In this document: positions 19,428 through 30,906 of the stretch, piece by piece
Layout: the number at the start of each line of letters is the position of its first letter
How positions within the stretch are numbered: position 1 is the first letter of the stretch
Assembly (NCBI GenBank): GCA_963817385.1
Contig: CAWFOM010000005.1
Coordinates: 160,001 to 224,000, forward strand
Direction of reading: 5' to 3'
DNA: 64,000 nucleotides
Origin: an uncultured delta proteobacterium
Lineage (GTDB): Bacteria; Desulfobacterota; Syntrophia; Syntrophales; UBA5619
Notes under the pieces: generated by a model
Databases searched by the model: none
Told to the model about the DNA's origin: nothing
What the model saw: the letters and a program-made list of their open reading frames with translations, nothing else
Position numbers and translations under genes: made by a program

Positions 19428-20924
19428 ATGATGAAGCCTTGGCATCATATGTTATCCGTCTTGCTCCTGCTCATCATGGCTGCTCTGCCGGCCAGGGGAG
19501 CGGGGCTGGAAGACAAGGTAGTCGAGCGTACCCTGAAAAATGGCATGAAGCTGCTAATGGTGGAGCGGCACAATTCACCCACTATCGCGGCCTGGATCCG
19601 GTTCAAGGTGGGGAGTGTCGACGAGCGGAGCGATGAGCGGGGAGTGGCCCATTTGTTGGAGCATATGCTCTTTAAGGGGACCAAGACCCTCGGCACTACC
19701 GATTATGCTGCCGAAAAGCCTCTTCTTGACCAGATCGAGATAACCGCCCGGGAGTTGATCAATGAGAAGGCAAAACGGGAGAAAGGCGATCCCGTTAAGG
19801 TCGAGAAGCTCGGCGAGAGGCTTACCGTCCTGGAGAAGGATGCCTCTCAGTACGTGGTCAAGGAGGAGTTCGCCGACATCTACGCCAGAAACGGCGGCAC
19901 CGGCTACAACGCCTTTACCAGCAAGGACGGCACCACCTACCTGATCAACCTGCCGGCCAACAAGCTGGAGCTCTGGGCAGCCATCGAGTCGGACCGGATG
20001 CAAAACGCCGTGCTGCGCGAATTCTACACTGAGCGGGGCGTGGTGATGGAAGAGCGGCGGCGTTCCTATGATGCTGAACCGGAAGGGAAGCTCTGGGAGA
20101 CCTTTCTCGCCGCCTCTTTCTTAGCCCACCCCAACGGTCAGCCGGTGATCGGCTGGATGTCCGACATCGAGAATCTTACCCGCACCAAGGCGGAAGACTT
20201 CCTCCATCGTTATTATGCCCCCAACAATGCCGTTGTGGCGATTGTCGGCGACATCGACGCCAACAAGACACTGGCCCTGGTGGAGAAATACTTCGGCAAC
20301 ATCCCGCCGGGCACGCCGGTGGCGCCGGTGGCGGTGGAAGAGCCTGCGCAGCAGGGGGAACGCAGGGTTGAAGTGATTGGCGATGCCAATCCTCAGGTCT
20401 ATCTCGGCTTCCACAAGCCGACCCTCCCCCACCCGGATGAGTACGTGTTCGATGTGATCGACATGGTGTTGTCGGACGGCCGCACCTCCCGGCTCTACAA
20501 GAAGCTGGTGATTGAGAAGCAACTGGTGACCGACATCGGCGCATTCACCGCACCGGGCCACCGCTATCCCAACCTGTTCATCATCGCCGCCACCCCGCGC
20601 ACCCCGCACACGGTGGGCGAGGTGGAGGCGGCTATCAAGGAAGCGATCGAGCTCCTCAAACGCGAACCGGTGAGCGCGCATGAGCTGGAGCAGATCCAAA
20701 ACAAACTTGAGTACGAAGAGGTCCGCCAAATGGGCTCCAACGGCGGTCTGGCCCGCAACCTTACCGAGTATGAGGCAATTGCAGGAACCTGGCGCTACCT
20801 TATCGAACATCGTAAAAAAGTGGCCGAGGTCAAGCCGGAAGACGTGCAGCGTGTGGCACGGAAGTACCTGACCGAGGAGAACCGCATTGTCGGCTTTATC
20901 ACCAAGAAGAAGGTGGCCCAATGA
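19428..20924 (+). CDS. M16 zinc peptidase, catalytic subunit
   Basis: Signal peptide, HLLEH, NAFTS, EERR. Confidence 0.92.
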   Translation: MMKPWHHMLSVLLLLIMAALPARGAGLEDKVVERTLKNGMKLLMVERHNSPTIAAWIRFKVGSVDERSDERGVAHLLEHMLFKGTKTLGTTDYAAEKPLLDQIEITARELINEKAKREKGDPVKVEKLGERLTVLEKDASQYVVKEEFADIYARNGGTGYNAFTSKDGTTYLINLPANKLELWAAIESDRMQNAVLREFYTERGVVMEERRRSYDAEPEGKLWETFLAASFLAHPNGQPVIGWMSDIENLTRTKAEDFLHRYYAPNNAVVAIVGDIDANKTLALVEKYFGNIPPGTPVAPVAVEEPAQQGERRVEVIGDANPQVYLGFHKPTLPHPDEYVFDVIDMVLSDGRTSRLYKKLVIEKQLVTDIGAFTAPGHRYPNLFIIAATPRTPHTVGEVEAAIKEAIELLKREPVSAHELEQIQNKLEYEEVRQMGSNGGLARNLTEYEAIAGTWRYLIEHRKKVAEVKPEDVQRVARKYLTEENRIVGFITKKKVAQ

Positions 20925-22345
20925 TGATAAGGCGTATCTCTAAATTCATAGCGGTCTTCCTTCTTGCTTGCACGATTTCCGCCTGCACCGGACCGGGCGC
21001 CCGGGTCGACCCGCGTACCATGATCTTCCCTCCCCTCTCTTTCACTGTTCCCACGAGCGAGCGGTTCCCGTTGGACAACGGCATGATCGTCTACCTGATG
21101 ACCGATCACGAGCTGCCGTTGGTGAACGTAACGGCTTATATCAATGCCGCTTCCCTCTATGACCCGGAGGACAAAGTGGGGCTTGCCAGGCTCACCGGCG
21201 CGGTCATGCGCAGCGGTGGCACGCAGCAGACACCGGTTGAGAAGCTGGACGCAGAGCTTGAATTCCTGGCCTCAGCCGTAGAGTCGTCCATCGGCTCCGA
21301 CATGGGAAGAATCTCTCTTACCACCCTCAAAAAAAACCTGCCGCGGACCCTGGATCTGTTCGGTCAGGTCATGATGCAGCCGGTATTCCGGGAGGATCGG
21401 GTAGAGCTTGCCAGGAAACAGACCATTGAGGGGCTTCGCCGCCAGAATGACGACCCGAAAGGAATTGCAGCCCGTGAATTTACACGCGCCCTCTACAAGG
21501 GGCATCCACTGGCCCGAGTCCCAACCATCGAGTCGGTCACGCGCATCACCCGGGATGATATGATGGCCTTCCATAAGCGCTACTATCACCCAAACAACAT
21601 GGTCCTGGCGGTATCCGGAGACATTGACCGGGAGGAACTGCTGAAGAGTATCGGCAAGGTCTTCAACGGCTGGCAGCGCGATGAGATCGTCTTCCCGGCC
21701 ATTGCCCCACCGAAAACGGAGATGAAGCCGGCGGTCCTCTTTGCCCACAAGGATGTCAACCAGTCGGTGATCCGCATTGGCAGTCTCGGAATCGAGAAGA
21801 GCAACCCGGACCTCTACGCGGTACGGGTGATGGACTACATCCTTGGCGGCGGTTTCACCTCGCGGCTGACCCAGGAAGTCCGCTCCAACCAGGGGCTGGC
21901 CTACCAGGCCGCGAGCTATTTTGATGTGGGTCGCCGTTTCGTCGGCACCTTCTGGATCGAGACCGAGACCAAGTCGGAGTCGACCGCCAACGTGATTTCA
22001 CTGATCCTTAAGATCATGGCCGGCATGACCAAGGAGGAAGTTTCCGATCAGGAACTCTCCCTGGCAAAAGACTCCATCATCAATTCCTTCATTTTCGGCT
22101 TTGCCAAGCCGGATGCCGTGGTCAACCAGCAGGCTAGGCTGGAGTTTTTCGGCTATCCGCCCGGCTACCTGGACAACTACCGGAACAACATCGCCAAGGT
22201 GACCAAAGAAGATGTGCTGCTGGCTGCGCAAAAGTACCTGAAGCCCGATGCGCTGACCATCATGGTGGTGGGGGACGAGAAGAAATTCGACAGGCCGCTA
22301 AGCATGTTCGGGACGGTGAAGGAGATCACGCTGGAGATAAAATGA
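20921..22345 (+). CDS. M16 peptidase, non-catalytic lipoprotein subunit
   Basis: Lipobox ISAC, GGGFTSRL..EVR...GLAY; lacks HxxEH; overlaps upstream stop. Confidence 0.9.
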   Translation: MMIRRISKFIAVFLLACTISACTGPGARVDPRTMIFPPLSFTVPTSERFPLDNGMIVYLMTDHELPLVNVTAYINAASLYDPEDKVGLARLTGAVMRSGGTQQTPVEKLDAELEFLASAVESSIGSDMGRISLTTLKKNLPRTLDLFGQVMMQPVFREDRVELARKQTIEGLRRQNDDPKGIAAREFTRALYKGHPLARVPTIESVTRITRDDMMAFHKRYYHPNNMVLAVSGDIDREELLKSIGKVFNGWQRDEIVFPAIAPPKTEMKPAVLFAHKDVNQSVIRIGSLGIEKSNPDLYAVRVMDYILGGGFTSRLTQEVRSNQGLAYQAASYFDVGRRFVGTFWIETETKSESTANVISLILKIMAGMTKEEVSDQELSLAKDSIINSFIFGFAKPDAVVNQQARLEFFGYPPGYLDNYRNNIAKVTKEDVLLAAQKYLKPDALTIMVVGDEKKFDRPLSMFGTVKEITLEIK

Positions 22346-22367
22346 ACCCCGGCGCACCTGAATGACG

Positions 22368-22397
22368 CCGCCTGACTTGACCATCCGTGTCAGGCGG
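22368..22397. terminator. Hairpin between convergent genes
   Basis: CCGCCTGAC/GTCAGGCGG 9-bp IR. Confidence 0.4.
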
Positions 22398-22531
22398 ACC
22401 TTCGGCGAAGCATAGTCAGAATTCATGCATCAGGGTCAAATGATCCTTTGGCGTAATCTCTCCGGGAAGTATCAATTTGTTGTCCTATCCGGAGAAAGTC
22501 ATCGCTATTGTGGAGCTTCCACCCGTGACCG

Positions 22532-23869
22532 TTATCGAGACTCGATAAGTCCTTTTTTCGTTCTCACGAGGGTGAAAAAATCCATGAGAAACATGGCCGC
22601 GCCGGCAGCGAAACCCCATGCCGACGCCCAGAATACGGCATACCAGAGTTTCATGAAACCCTGAGTGGTGAGATAGTCCATACCGAGGAGTCGCTGTAAG
22701 TAGACCTGGACAACGCCCGCGATGGTCAGGGCAAACACCATCAGGAGCATGAAGAAGTTCATGAACCAGAAGGCCTTTCTCCCCAAGGCCTGGTCATAGG
22801 TCTTGAGTCCCTTGATCTGCGGTAGGGCGAAGTAGATCATCGTCAAGTTCAGCATGGCGTAAGCGCCATAGAAGGCGAAGTGACCGTGGGCGGCCGTAAT
22901 CTGCGTCCCATGGGTCCATTGGTTGATCTGGGGCAGGGTATGGGCAAAACCCCACACACCGGCGCCGAAGAAGTGCATGATTGCGCATCCCACGGCCCAA
23001 TTCATGGCCAGGCGGTTCGGGATCTCAATCTTCCGTTCCCGGACCACCCGCATCGTGTCGATGACCATGAAGAGGATGGGCAGCGGTTCCAAGGCGCTGA
23101 AAATGCCTCCCCACCAGAGCCAATAGCCGGGAGTGCCGATCCAGTAGTAGTGATGGCCCGTACCCACAATGCCCGTAAAAAGGACCAGCCCCACTTCCAC
23201 ATAAAGCCATTTTTCCACCTGTTCACGGTCAACACCGGTGAGGGTCATGAGGACAAAGGCCATGATGGCGCCGGTCACCAGTTCCCAGGCCCCTTCGACC
23301 CAAAGGTGGATCACCCACCACCACCAATAATACTGGGTGGCCAGGTTCTTCAGGAAAAAGACGCCGAAGAGAAACATGCCCGCCAGCATGACGAGCCCGC
23401 CCAAGAGCACCCCCTGGATCACCGTCCACTTTCTGGTCTTCAGCATCGTCATGAAGATGTTGTAAAGAAACAGGAGCGCGACGAGAACGATGCCGATCTT
23501 AAGAATCGTCGGCTGCTCCAGAAAAGGCATACCCCAGGACCAACCGAAGACGTAGCCGGTAACGGCGGCAACGCCTATCAGAGCAAACAGGACGAGCTGA
23601 AAATTGGCAAGCTTCACGCTGTAAAGCTCCGTCTGGGCTTCTTCCGGGACGAGATAGTAGGCGCCGCCCATGAAACCGAAGAGCATCCAGACGACGAGCA
23701 GATTGATATGGATCGCACGGGTGATGTTGAACGGAAGGATGTTGAGGAGGGGATCGTAATCCCAGACATATTTGGCGCCCGTAATCAGGCCGAAGAGGAT
23801 CTGCAGACCGAAAAGGACAGCGGCAACGATGAAGTAATTGATAGCCACCTTCTGCGATGCGTATTTCAT
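22532..23869 (-). CDS. norB: Nitric oxide reductase large subunit (cNOR)
   Basis: HLWVEG, GTGHHYYW, THGTQITAAHGHFAFYG; multi-TM. Confidence 0.93.
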   Translation of the reverse strand: MKYASQKVAINYFIVAAVLFGLQILFGLITGAKYVWDYDPLLNILPFNITRAIHINLLVVWMLFGFMGGAYYLVPEEAQTELYSVKLANFQLVLFALIGVAAVTGYVFGWSWGMPFLEQPTILKIGIVLVALLFLYNIFMTMLKTRKWTVIQGVLLGGLVMLAGMFLFGVFFLKNLATQYYWWWWVIHLWVEGAWELVTGAIMAFVLMTLTGVDREQVEKWLYVEVGLVLFTGIVGTGHHYYWIGTPGYWLWWGGIFSALEPLPILFMVIDTMRVVRERKIEIPNRLAMNWAVGCAIMHFFGAGVWGFAHTLPQINQWTHGTQITAAHGHFAFYGAYAMLNLTMIYFALPQIKGLKTYDQALGRKAFWFMNFFMLLMVFALTIAGVVQVYLQRLLGMDYLTTQGFMKLWYAVFWASAWGFAAGAAMFLMDFFTLVRTKKGLIESR

Positions 23870-23880
23870 CTCGTTCCTCC

Positions 23881-24552
23881 TTATTTCAATCCGGAAAGAT
23901 AGTCGGCCAGATTGGCAATATCCCCGGTCGGCAACTTCGCAAAGGACGGCATGATGGAATCCGGCTTATGAGACTTCGGGTTCCTGATCTGCTCCTCGAT
24001 CCACTCCCTTGTCCGTCTCTCACCCACCCGTGTAAGGTCCGGCCCTACCGCGCCTCCAACACCTCCGATGAGATGGCAAGCAGTGCAGCCGTTCGTCCGG
24101 AACAATGCCGCGCCCGGTTTGGCTGCCGTCTGACCGGATGTTAGAAGCGGTTTCGGCGGCCAGTTGTTCGTATCGATGGTATTTACCCAGGTGAGAAAGG
24201 CGCTCAAGTCGGCGATCTCCTGGTCCGTCAAATGGAGATTCGGCATTTTCCTCGCTGCCGGCCAGACCTTCTGCGGATCGTTGAGAAATGCGGCAAGCCA
24301 GGCGTTGTCACGATAACTCATGACCTTCGTGACATCCGGGGCATAGTATCCGCCGATGCCGAGAATGGTATGACAATCGTTGCAATTGTGCTTCTGCCAT
24401 ACCCATTTTCCTGATGCCACTGCGGCAGTGAGTTTTTCTTCGTGCGTTCTCCGGGGCATCTGGACAAGGGAGTCATAGGTGAGTGCCAAAAAGATGACCG
24501 CCGAGAGCACCGTACCCCAGAGAAAAATTGCCTTGCCTTGAGTTATTGTCAT
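23881..24552 (-). CDS. norC: Nitric oxide reductase cytochrome c subunit, diheme
   Basis: N-terminal TM, CNDCHTILGIGGYYAPD and a second CTACH domain. Confidence 0.88.
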   Translation of the reverse strand: MTITQGKAIFLWGTVLSAVIFLALTYDSLVQMPRRTHEEKLTAAVASGKWVWQKHNCNDCHTILGIGGYYAPDVTKVMSYRDNAWLAAFLNDPQKVWPAARKMPNLHLTDQEIADLSAFLTWVNTIDTNNWPPKPLLTSGQTAAKPGAALFRTNGCTACHLIGGVGGAVGPDLTRVGERRTREWIEEQIRNPKSHKPDSIMPSFAKLPTGDIANLADYLSGLK

Positions 24553-24643
24553 GATTCTTCCCCCCATCTAATTAATCTGTCACCGAAATTAACGTAGGGA
24601 AACGGCTGCATATCTTGTCTTGAAACGCGGGTTGGAACGGCTG

Positions 24644-25201
24644 CTATTTTATATTGAGCTTCTTTTTGAACCTTTCAACAACGGGGCCGTCCTCGCGCCA
24701 GACGCGGCAGGTATTGACTAAGAATTGCAAAATTATCCGTGAATGATCAGAATCGGAATTTGATGGTTTTTGTGATTGGTGTGCTCCAAATCCCTGAATG
24801 ACGGACGGGGCCATTGCCAGGATGAGCTCCACCAGGTGGGTGCAGCCTTTATTGCCCCCGGCCAGTTTTTTCACTTTTGACGTAAAACCTCTGGTAATGG
24901 TCAAACCCTTGATAGGGGCAAGGCAGTCGATCGTTTCCCGGCACACTTCCCGAGGAACGGACTTCAGATCAACATCAACATCCTCAATCAAAAGATTAGA
25001 ACAATTAACCAGCAGTCGTATGGACATGTGATGAATGACGCCGCTCGGAAACGTTTCACCGGTTATCACATGAGATTTTTGGAAACGATTATCTCTGAGG
25101 GAACCTTCTACAATTATTCGTTGTCCGTCATAATCGTATGTCGTAACTTCTATATGCCGCGTATGTAACTTTTTCCCTTTTGATTTCCAAATGGATTGCA
25201 T
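24644..25201 (-). CDS. DUF2889-like protein
   Basis: HTR, IHHM, C, GCTHL, NTC conserved pattern. Confidence 0.75.
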   Translation of the reverse strand: MQSIWKSKGKKLHTRHIEVTTYDYDGQRIIVEGSLRDNRFQKSHVITGETFPSGVIHHMSIRLLVNCSNLLIEDVDVDLKSVPREVCRETIDCLAPIKGLTITRGFTSKVKKLAGGNKGCTHLVELILAMAPSVIQGFGAHQSQKPSNSDSDHSRIILQFLVNTCRVWREDGPVVERFKKKLNIK

Positions 25202-25241
25202 TGTATTTTGATTCTCCTGAAAATATCGGCGACGGCCCCGA

Positions 25242-26882
25242 TCATTTCCCGCAGGGGAAATCCGGTTCTTCCGCCGTGATGATCTCGAGGAATGCCGGGC
25301 TGCCGGCCTCAGTCACCGCGATGGCGCGCTGCAGCGCCGGTTTCAGGTCGGCAACCTTTTCAATCCGTTCGCCATGTCCGCCGAGCGCTTCCGCCACCTT
25401 GGCGTTATGACCGGAGAGCCGATGAATACCGAAGCGCTCCGTGGCGATCGGCTGCTTCTTCGTGTATCCCCCCATGACGCCGTTGTTCATGAGAATCGTC
25501 AGAATCGGGATCTTGTTGCGGACGGCCGTCTCGAAATCCATGCCCACCATGCCGAAGGCGGCCTCCCCCATGAGATTCACCGCCAGCCACTCGGGCCGGG
25601 CCAGTTTGGCGCCCATGATGAGTCCCAGGGATGAGCCGAGCGGCGTCGATTTCCCCCAGCCGATATAGCCGTGCGGGACGACCGTTTCGTAGAACGGCAC
25701 CAGTTGATCCCGCGGACAACCGGAATCGTGGGTCACGACCGTCCGCTTCGGGTCCACCGCCTCAATCAGTTCCCAAATGACGCGATACGGGCTGATGGGC
25801 TCCCTGTCCGAGGTCAGACGGGGCATCCACTCGTTCAGGAACGCACTCTTGACCGAACGGATCTCCGCCGCGACCGTTTCCTCGCCCTGGCGGCCCTTCT
25901 CCCCCAGACGTGCCTTGACTTCCGCGATCATTTGCATCATCACCGCTTTGGCATCCCCGATCACGCCATACGAGGTCGGATAATCCTTACTGATGTCCGA
26001 TTCCTCAAGGGTCACCTGCGCGATCGTTTTCCCCTCCGGGATGGGGGAGATGAATTTGGACCGCGTAAAGCTGGTGCCGATACCGAACACCAGATCCGCC
26101 TTCCCGAGGAAGTGCTCGACCGGCTTCGGCCGGGAAAAACCGTTGGCGGTCCCGAGGGCGAGGGGATGGTTCTCCGGAAAGGCGCCTTTGCCGTTCAGGG
26201 AGCTCATCACCGGCACCTGGAGGAGTTCGGCCAGCTCTCTGAGTTCCGACCACGCCTCGGCATAGATGACCCCCTGCCCGGCCCACAGGATCGGCGCCTT
26301 GGCGGAAAGCAAAGCGTCCACCGCTTCGCGGACATCTCCCTCGTCGCCGGACGGTGAAAACCGCCGCTGCGGCTTATAGTCAAAGGCACCCGGGAGCTCG
26401 GCGGCCATGACGTCGCTGGGAAACTCGAGGAGAACCGGTCCCGATTTCCCGGAGCGCAGCAGGGCAAAGGCATGTTGCATCATCTGCAGGACCGACTTCG
26501 GATCGGTGACCGTTTCGGACCATTTCGTGATGTGCCGGTAATTGCGGCTCGCCTGGAAATTCGGCGGGATGCTGAGGGACGCTCTTTCCGTCGCCCCGGC
26601 CAGGACCAGCAGCGGGGTCGAATCGCCATACGCCTGCGCAACCCCGGCAAAGGCGTTTTCCGAGCCGGCGCCGTACTGAACCGCGCGTCACCCCGATCTT
26701 GTGCCCGCTCGTCATCCGGCTGTAGGCGTCGGCGATATTGATCGCCACCCGTTCTGCCGGGTCACGAGCGGCCGGATGTTCAGGGCCGCCACCGCATCGA
26801 TGATCGGGTTTAACGGAAAGCAGGTCATCAGTTCGACACCTTCAGCCTGCAGGACGCGCGCGATCACTTCTGTGCACTTCAT
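25242..26882 (-). CDS. ThDP-dependent acetolactate-synthase-superfamily enzyme (frameshifts near 26690 and 26753)
   Basis: QYGAGSEN, GPVLLEFP, GKGAFPE, GEAAF...NN ThDP motif; GGAGGA RBS. Confidence 0.85.
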
Positions 26883-26937
26883 GTGTCTCCTCCTGATAAA
26901 TAGGTATCTGTCCCTATTTATTCCCGACCGTCGATCC

Positions 26938-28152
26938 CTATTGGACGATTTTCTCTTCCTTCATCTTCGCGATCTCATCGGGTGTGTACCCCAGCCCCGC
27001 CAGGAGTTCCGCCGTATGCTCGCCCAGCTCCGGCGCGCGGCAGGTGATGCCGGCCGGGGTCGCGGAGAGCTTGATGGGGTTGTTGAGCACCTTGATCTTC
27101 CCTTGGCCGGCGATCTCCATCTCGCCGAAAAAGCCGTTGGCGATGGCCTGCTCGTCATGGGTCACCTCCCGCGGCGTGACGACGGGCGACCAGACGATCT
27201 TGAACTTGCGCAGATGGACCCGCCACTCATCGTAGGTTTTGCCCCGGAAGATCTCCTCGATGATTGCGATGAGTTCGACGCAGTTTTTCTGCCGCGCCTT
27301 GAAGTCGACAAACTTGGGGTCTTTCTCCAGCTCCGGCCGGTCGATCGCCCTGCAGAATTCCGGCCAGTAGGTCTGGGCGTTGGTCATCCCCAGCATGATC
27401 CAGCGGTTGTCCTTGGTGGGATAAAGGTTGCGGATCGGATTGGCCATCGATTTGCGCTGGGGCCGCGGGGCGTCTTTTCCGGTCGTCAGACATCCCGTGA
27501 TATCGAACCCCAGGACCCAGGTGGCGGTGTTGTACAGGGATACCTCCACCTGCTGGCCGATCCCGGTGCGCTCCCGGGCGAAGAGCGCCGTCATGACGCC
27601 CGCCAGAAGGCTCAGCGAGGTGATGCTGTCGCCGTAGGCGCCCCGGGAGATGTTCGGCGCCGTTTCCGGATCGTGCATCATCTCCATGACGCCGCTTCTG
27701 GCCCAGAAGGCCACCGAGTCGTAGCCGCCCGAGTTCTTCTCCGGCCCCTTCTGGCCGTAGCCGGTGAGGTTCGCATAGATGATCTTGGGATTGCGGGCCG
27801 CGATGGCTTCATAGGTCAGGTTGAACTTCTGCATCTCATACGGGCGCAGGTTGTTGAGAAACACGTCGGCCTTCGCGCAGAGCTTGTGGATGATCTCCTG
27901 CCCTTCGGGGCTCGCCAGGTTGACGCAGATGCTCTTCTTGTTCCGGTCCACGTGCTCCCAGAGGTAATTGATCTCGCTGTACTGCGTCCACGCCCCGAGG
28001 CGCTGGCTCGAGTACCGCTGCATATCGCCTTCGCCCGGCGCTTCCACGTGGACGACATCCGCCCCCCAGCTCCCCATGAGCATCCCGGCGATCGGCATGG
28101 CCACCGCCGCCCCTATCTCCACCACCTTGATTCCTTCCAGTGCCTTTGTCAT
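26938..28152 (-). CDS. Family III CoA-transferase (CaiB/BaiF)
   Basis: GADVVHVE, RNKKS, GYD, GD catalytic site, APELGEH. Confidence 0.92.
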   Translation of the reverse strand: MTKALEGIKVVEIGAAVAMPIAGMLMGSWGADVVHVEAPGEGDMQRYSSQRLGAWTQYSEINYLWEHVDRNKKSICVNLASPEGQEIIHKLCAKADVFLNNLRPYEMQKFNLTYEAIAARNPKIIYANLTGYGQKGPEKNSGGYDSVAFWARSGVMEMMHDPETAPNISRGAYGDSITSLSLLAGVMTALFARERTGIGQQVEVSLYNTATWVLGFDITGCLTTGKDAPRPQRKSMANPIRNLYPTKDNRWIMLGMTNAQTYWPEFCRAIDRPELEKDPKFVDFKARQKNCVELIAIIEEIFRGKTYDEWRVHLRKFKIVWSPVVTPREVTHDEQAIANGFFGEMEIAGQGKIKVLNNPIKLSATPAGITCRAPELGEHTAELLAGLGYTPDEIAKMKEEKIVQ

Positions 28153-28206
28153 GGTCCCGTCTCCTCTGTATCGTTTTTTCCGTCGTAGTTCGCGCATCGA
28201 CCTCCG

Positions 28207-29169
28207 CTATGCGGCGCCGCCGGCCGCGGCCAGGGCCGCCGCCTTCTCCGCATTCCTCTTTTCAACGGCATCCGCACGGACCAGGAGGTAGTTGACATAT
28301 TTCATGTTGGCGACGTCGTACATCCGGCCGTCCACCGCAACGGATCCCTCACCCTGGGCGTACGCCTCATCCAGGGCCTTCTTGACCCGGCGGGCCAGGG
28401 CAACCTCCTCCGCCGGAGGGGAGAACCCTTCGTTGGCCGCTTCGACCCACGCGGGATGGATGGCGCTCGTGCCCATGAACCCCATCCGGTACGCGTACCG
28501 GCAGGCCTTGAGCATCGCCTCTTTTCCCGCGGAGACGTCCACATAATCCGCATTGTTCTGGGCGCCCATGCCGTGCGCCTGCACCCCGGCGGCGCGGGCG
28601 GCATAGAGGAGCTTGGTTTCGGGGTAGAAATACTGATCGAAATTCAGCTCCGGATACCGGGTGAACCCCAGATCGACGGAGAGGTCGGCCTGCCCGGTGG
28701 TTATGGAGACGATCCGGGGGCTCGCTTCGGCGATATCCTCCATGCGGAGGATCCCCCTGGCCGTTTCGAAGATCAGGTCGAACTGGATCTTCCCACCCGG
28801 GAGTCCCCGTTCTTTCTCCAGCTCGGTAACCATGCGGTCGACCCGCCGGACGTCCTCGACCGATTCGCATTTCGGGACCATGATGGATGTCAACCCGGGG
28901 ATGACGATCGCATCGAGATCCTCCTCCTCGAAATCCCGGTTGATGCGCACCTGGATCTCCGCCCCGCCCTTCCGCACGACCGGGATGTCGTCCTTGACCA
29001 TCCTGCGGGCCGTTGCCTTGTCCGAAGGGGCGACGGCATCTTCAAGGTCCAGGATGATGCAGTCCGCGCCGCGCGTCCAGGCCTTCGCCAGAAATTTTTC
29101 CCGATTCGCCGGGACATAGAGCTTGGACCTGCGGACGAAGGTCTTCCGGTCGAATTTTTCAGCCATCAT
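28207..29169 (-). CDS. CitE-like CoA-ester lyase (HpcH/HpaI family)
   Basis: RRSKLYVP, DLEDAV, VRIN, PK, ETARG, IHP, DGRMYD. Confidence 0.9.
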   Translation of the reverse strand: MMAEKFDRKTFVRRSKLYVPANREKFLAKAWTRGADCIILDLEDAVAPSDKATARRMVKDDIPVVRKGGAEIQVRINRDFEEEDLDAIVIPGLTSIMVPKCESVEDVRRVDRMVTELEKERGLPGGKIQFDLIFETARGILRMEDIAEASPRIVSITTGQADLSVDLGFTRYPELNFDQYFYPETKLLYAARAAGVQAHGMGAQNNADYVDVSAGKEAMLKACRYAYRMGFMGTSAIHPAWVEAANEGFSPPAEEVALARRVKKALDEAYAQGEGSVAVDGRMYDVANMKYVNYLLVRADAVEKRNAEKAAALAAAGGAA

Positions 29170-29389
29170 CGGATGCCTCCAGTTTATGTACCCGTGCAAC
29201 TAACCCGGGTTCGCAGGTATAAGGACATGACGCCCCCCGATGAGTCGCTCTGGCGCTGTTCCCCGAAGACAGGAAGGGCTTCCCGGCAGGGATAGTGGTT
29301 GCGGGGCCTGCAGGCTGCACTCCCGGTCATTGATTTTTTAAGGATCTGCACCCTCGATGCTTTTACCTACTGTTAAACTTACCGGCAAT

Positions 29390-30896
29390 TTATGACCCGG
29401 CTGTCCCGGCGTGCCGCCGTTCACGGATCCACCCGATCATAGGCCAGAGTACCATGGCAAAGGCCAGCAGCAGCAGACCGGCAGTAATCGGCCGGGTATA
29501 AGAAGATATCGTAGCTTCCCAGCGACATGGTGAGCGACTGGCGCAGAGCCCGTTCCACCATGGGGCCCAGGACCACCGAGAGGACCAAAGGGGCGGGGGG
29601 CAGGTCGAATTTCCTCATCAAGTACCCAACGATGCTGAATACATAGAGGAGCCCTACGTCGAAGGTGCTGTTGTCGACCGCAGTAAACGCCGACCGTGGA
29701 AAATACGATGATCAGGGGCATCAGAAGCGGAGTTGGGGATCTTGAGAATCTTGACGAAGAGAGGGATGCAGCCGATGTTCATGATGAGAAGCATGACATT
29801 GCCGATGTACATGCTTGCGATGACGCCCCAGACGAAATCCGGGTTCTTCTGGAAGAGCAAAGGACCCGGCTGCAGGCCGAACATCATCAGTGCCCCCAGC
29901 ATGATGGCGGTGGTCCCTGAGCCCGGGATCCCCAGCGTGAGCAGCGGCACCATGGCGCCTCCTGTGGACGGAGTTGTTGGCCGACTCCGGCCCGGCCACC
30001 CCCTCGATCGCCCCCTTCCCGAACCGCTCCGGATGCCGCGAGAGCTTCTTCTCGGTCGCATAGCTCAAAAACGAGGCGATGGTTCCCCCGGCGCCCGGGA
30101 GCACCCCGACGATGAAACCGATGAAGGTGCCACGGGTGATCGGCGCCCAGGAGAGCCGCCAATCCTCGCGGTTCGGCCAGACGCCCCTGATGGTGGTCGT
30201 GACAAATTCCAGTTTCAGGGTCTTCTCGGCCGTAAAGAGCACCTCTCCAATCCCGAAGAGCCCCACGGCTACCACCAGGAAATTGACGCCGTCCAGGAGC
30301 TCCGGGAAGTCGAAGGTAAGGCGCGGATGGCCGGACAAGGCATCCATCCCGGAAGTGGAAACCAGGAGACCCAGGAAGGTGACCAGGAAGGCCTTCAGCA
30401 CCGATCCGCCGGTGAGACCCGAGATGGTTGTGAGACCCATAAGCATGAGGGCGAAGTACTCCGGCGGCCCGAAAGAGAGGGCGACCTTCACGAGCGGCAC
30501 CGCGATCAGCATCAGGAAGATGACGCTGGCGGTTCCGGCGATGAAGGAACCGAAGGCCGCGATGCCGAGGGCCGTTCCCGCCCGGCCCTGCAATGCCATC
30601 TGGTAGCCGTCCAGGGTGGTCATTACGGATGAGGACTCACCGGGAAGATTGATGAGAACAGAGGTGATGGTGCCCCCATACATCGCCCCGCAGTAAATTC
30701 CCGCCATCATGATCATGGCGGAGGTGGGATTGACTCCGAAGGTCAGCGGCAGCAGGATGGAAATCCCCGCCGAGGGTCCGATGCCCGGAAGCGCCCCGAT
30801 GATCGTCCCGGCGATCGTTCCCAGGAGGCAGTACAGGAGATTGACCGGTGTGATGGCGATGGAAAAACCCATCATCAACTGTTGCAGTGCTTCCAT
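29390..30896 (-). CDS. tctA: Tripartite tricarboxylate transporter permease (several frameshifts)
   Basis: [32 protein letters not shown]. Confidence 0.9.
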
Positions 30897-30906
30897 ACGC
30901 AACTCC

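Noticed and set aside
26701..28188. 495-aa plus-strand ORF (similar long shadow ORFs at 35190-36611, 55937-57661, 58278-59696, 59849-61165)
   Set aside because: Overlap well-supported genes; typical stop-poor shadow frames of GC-rich coding DNA
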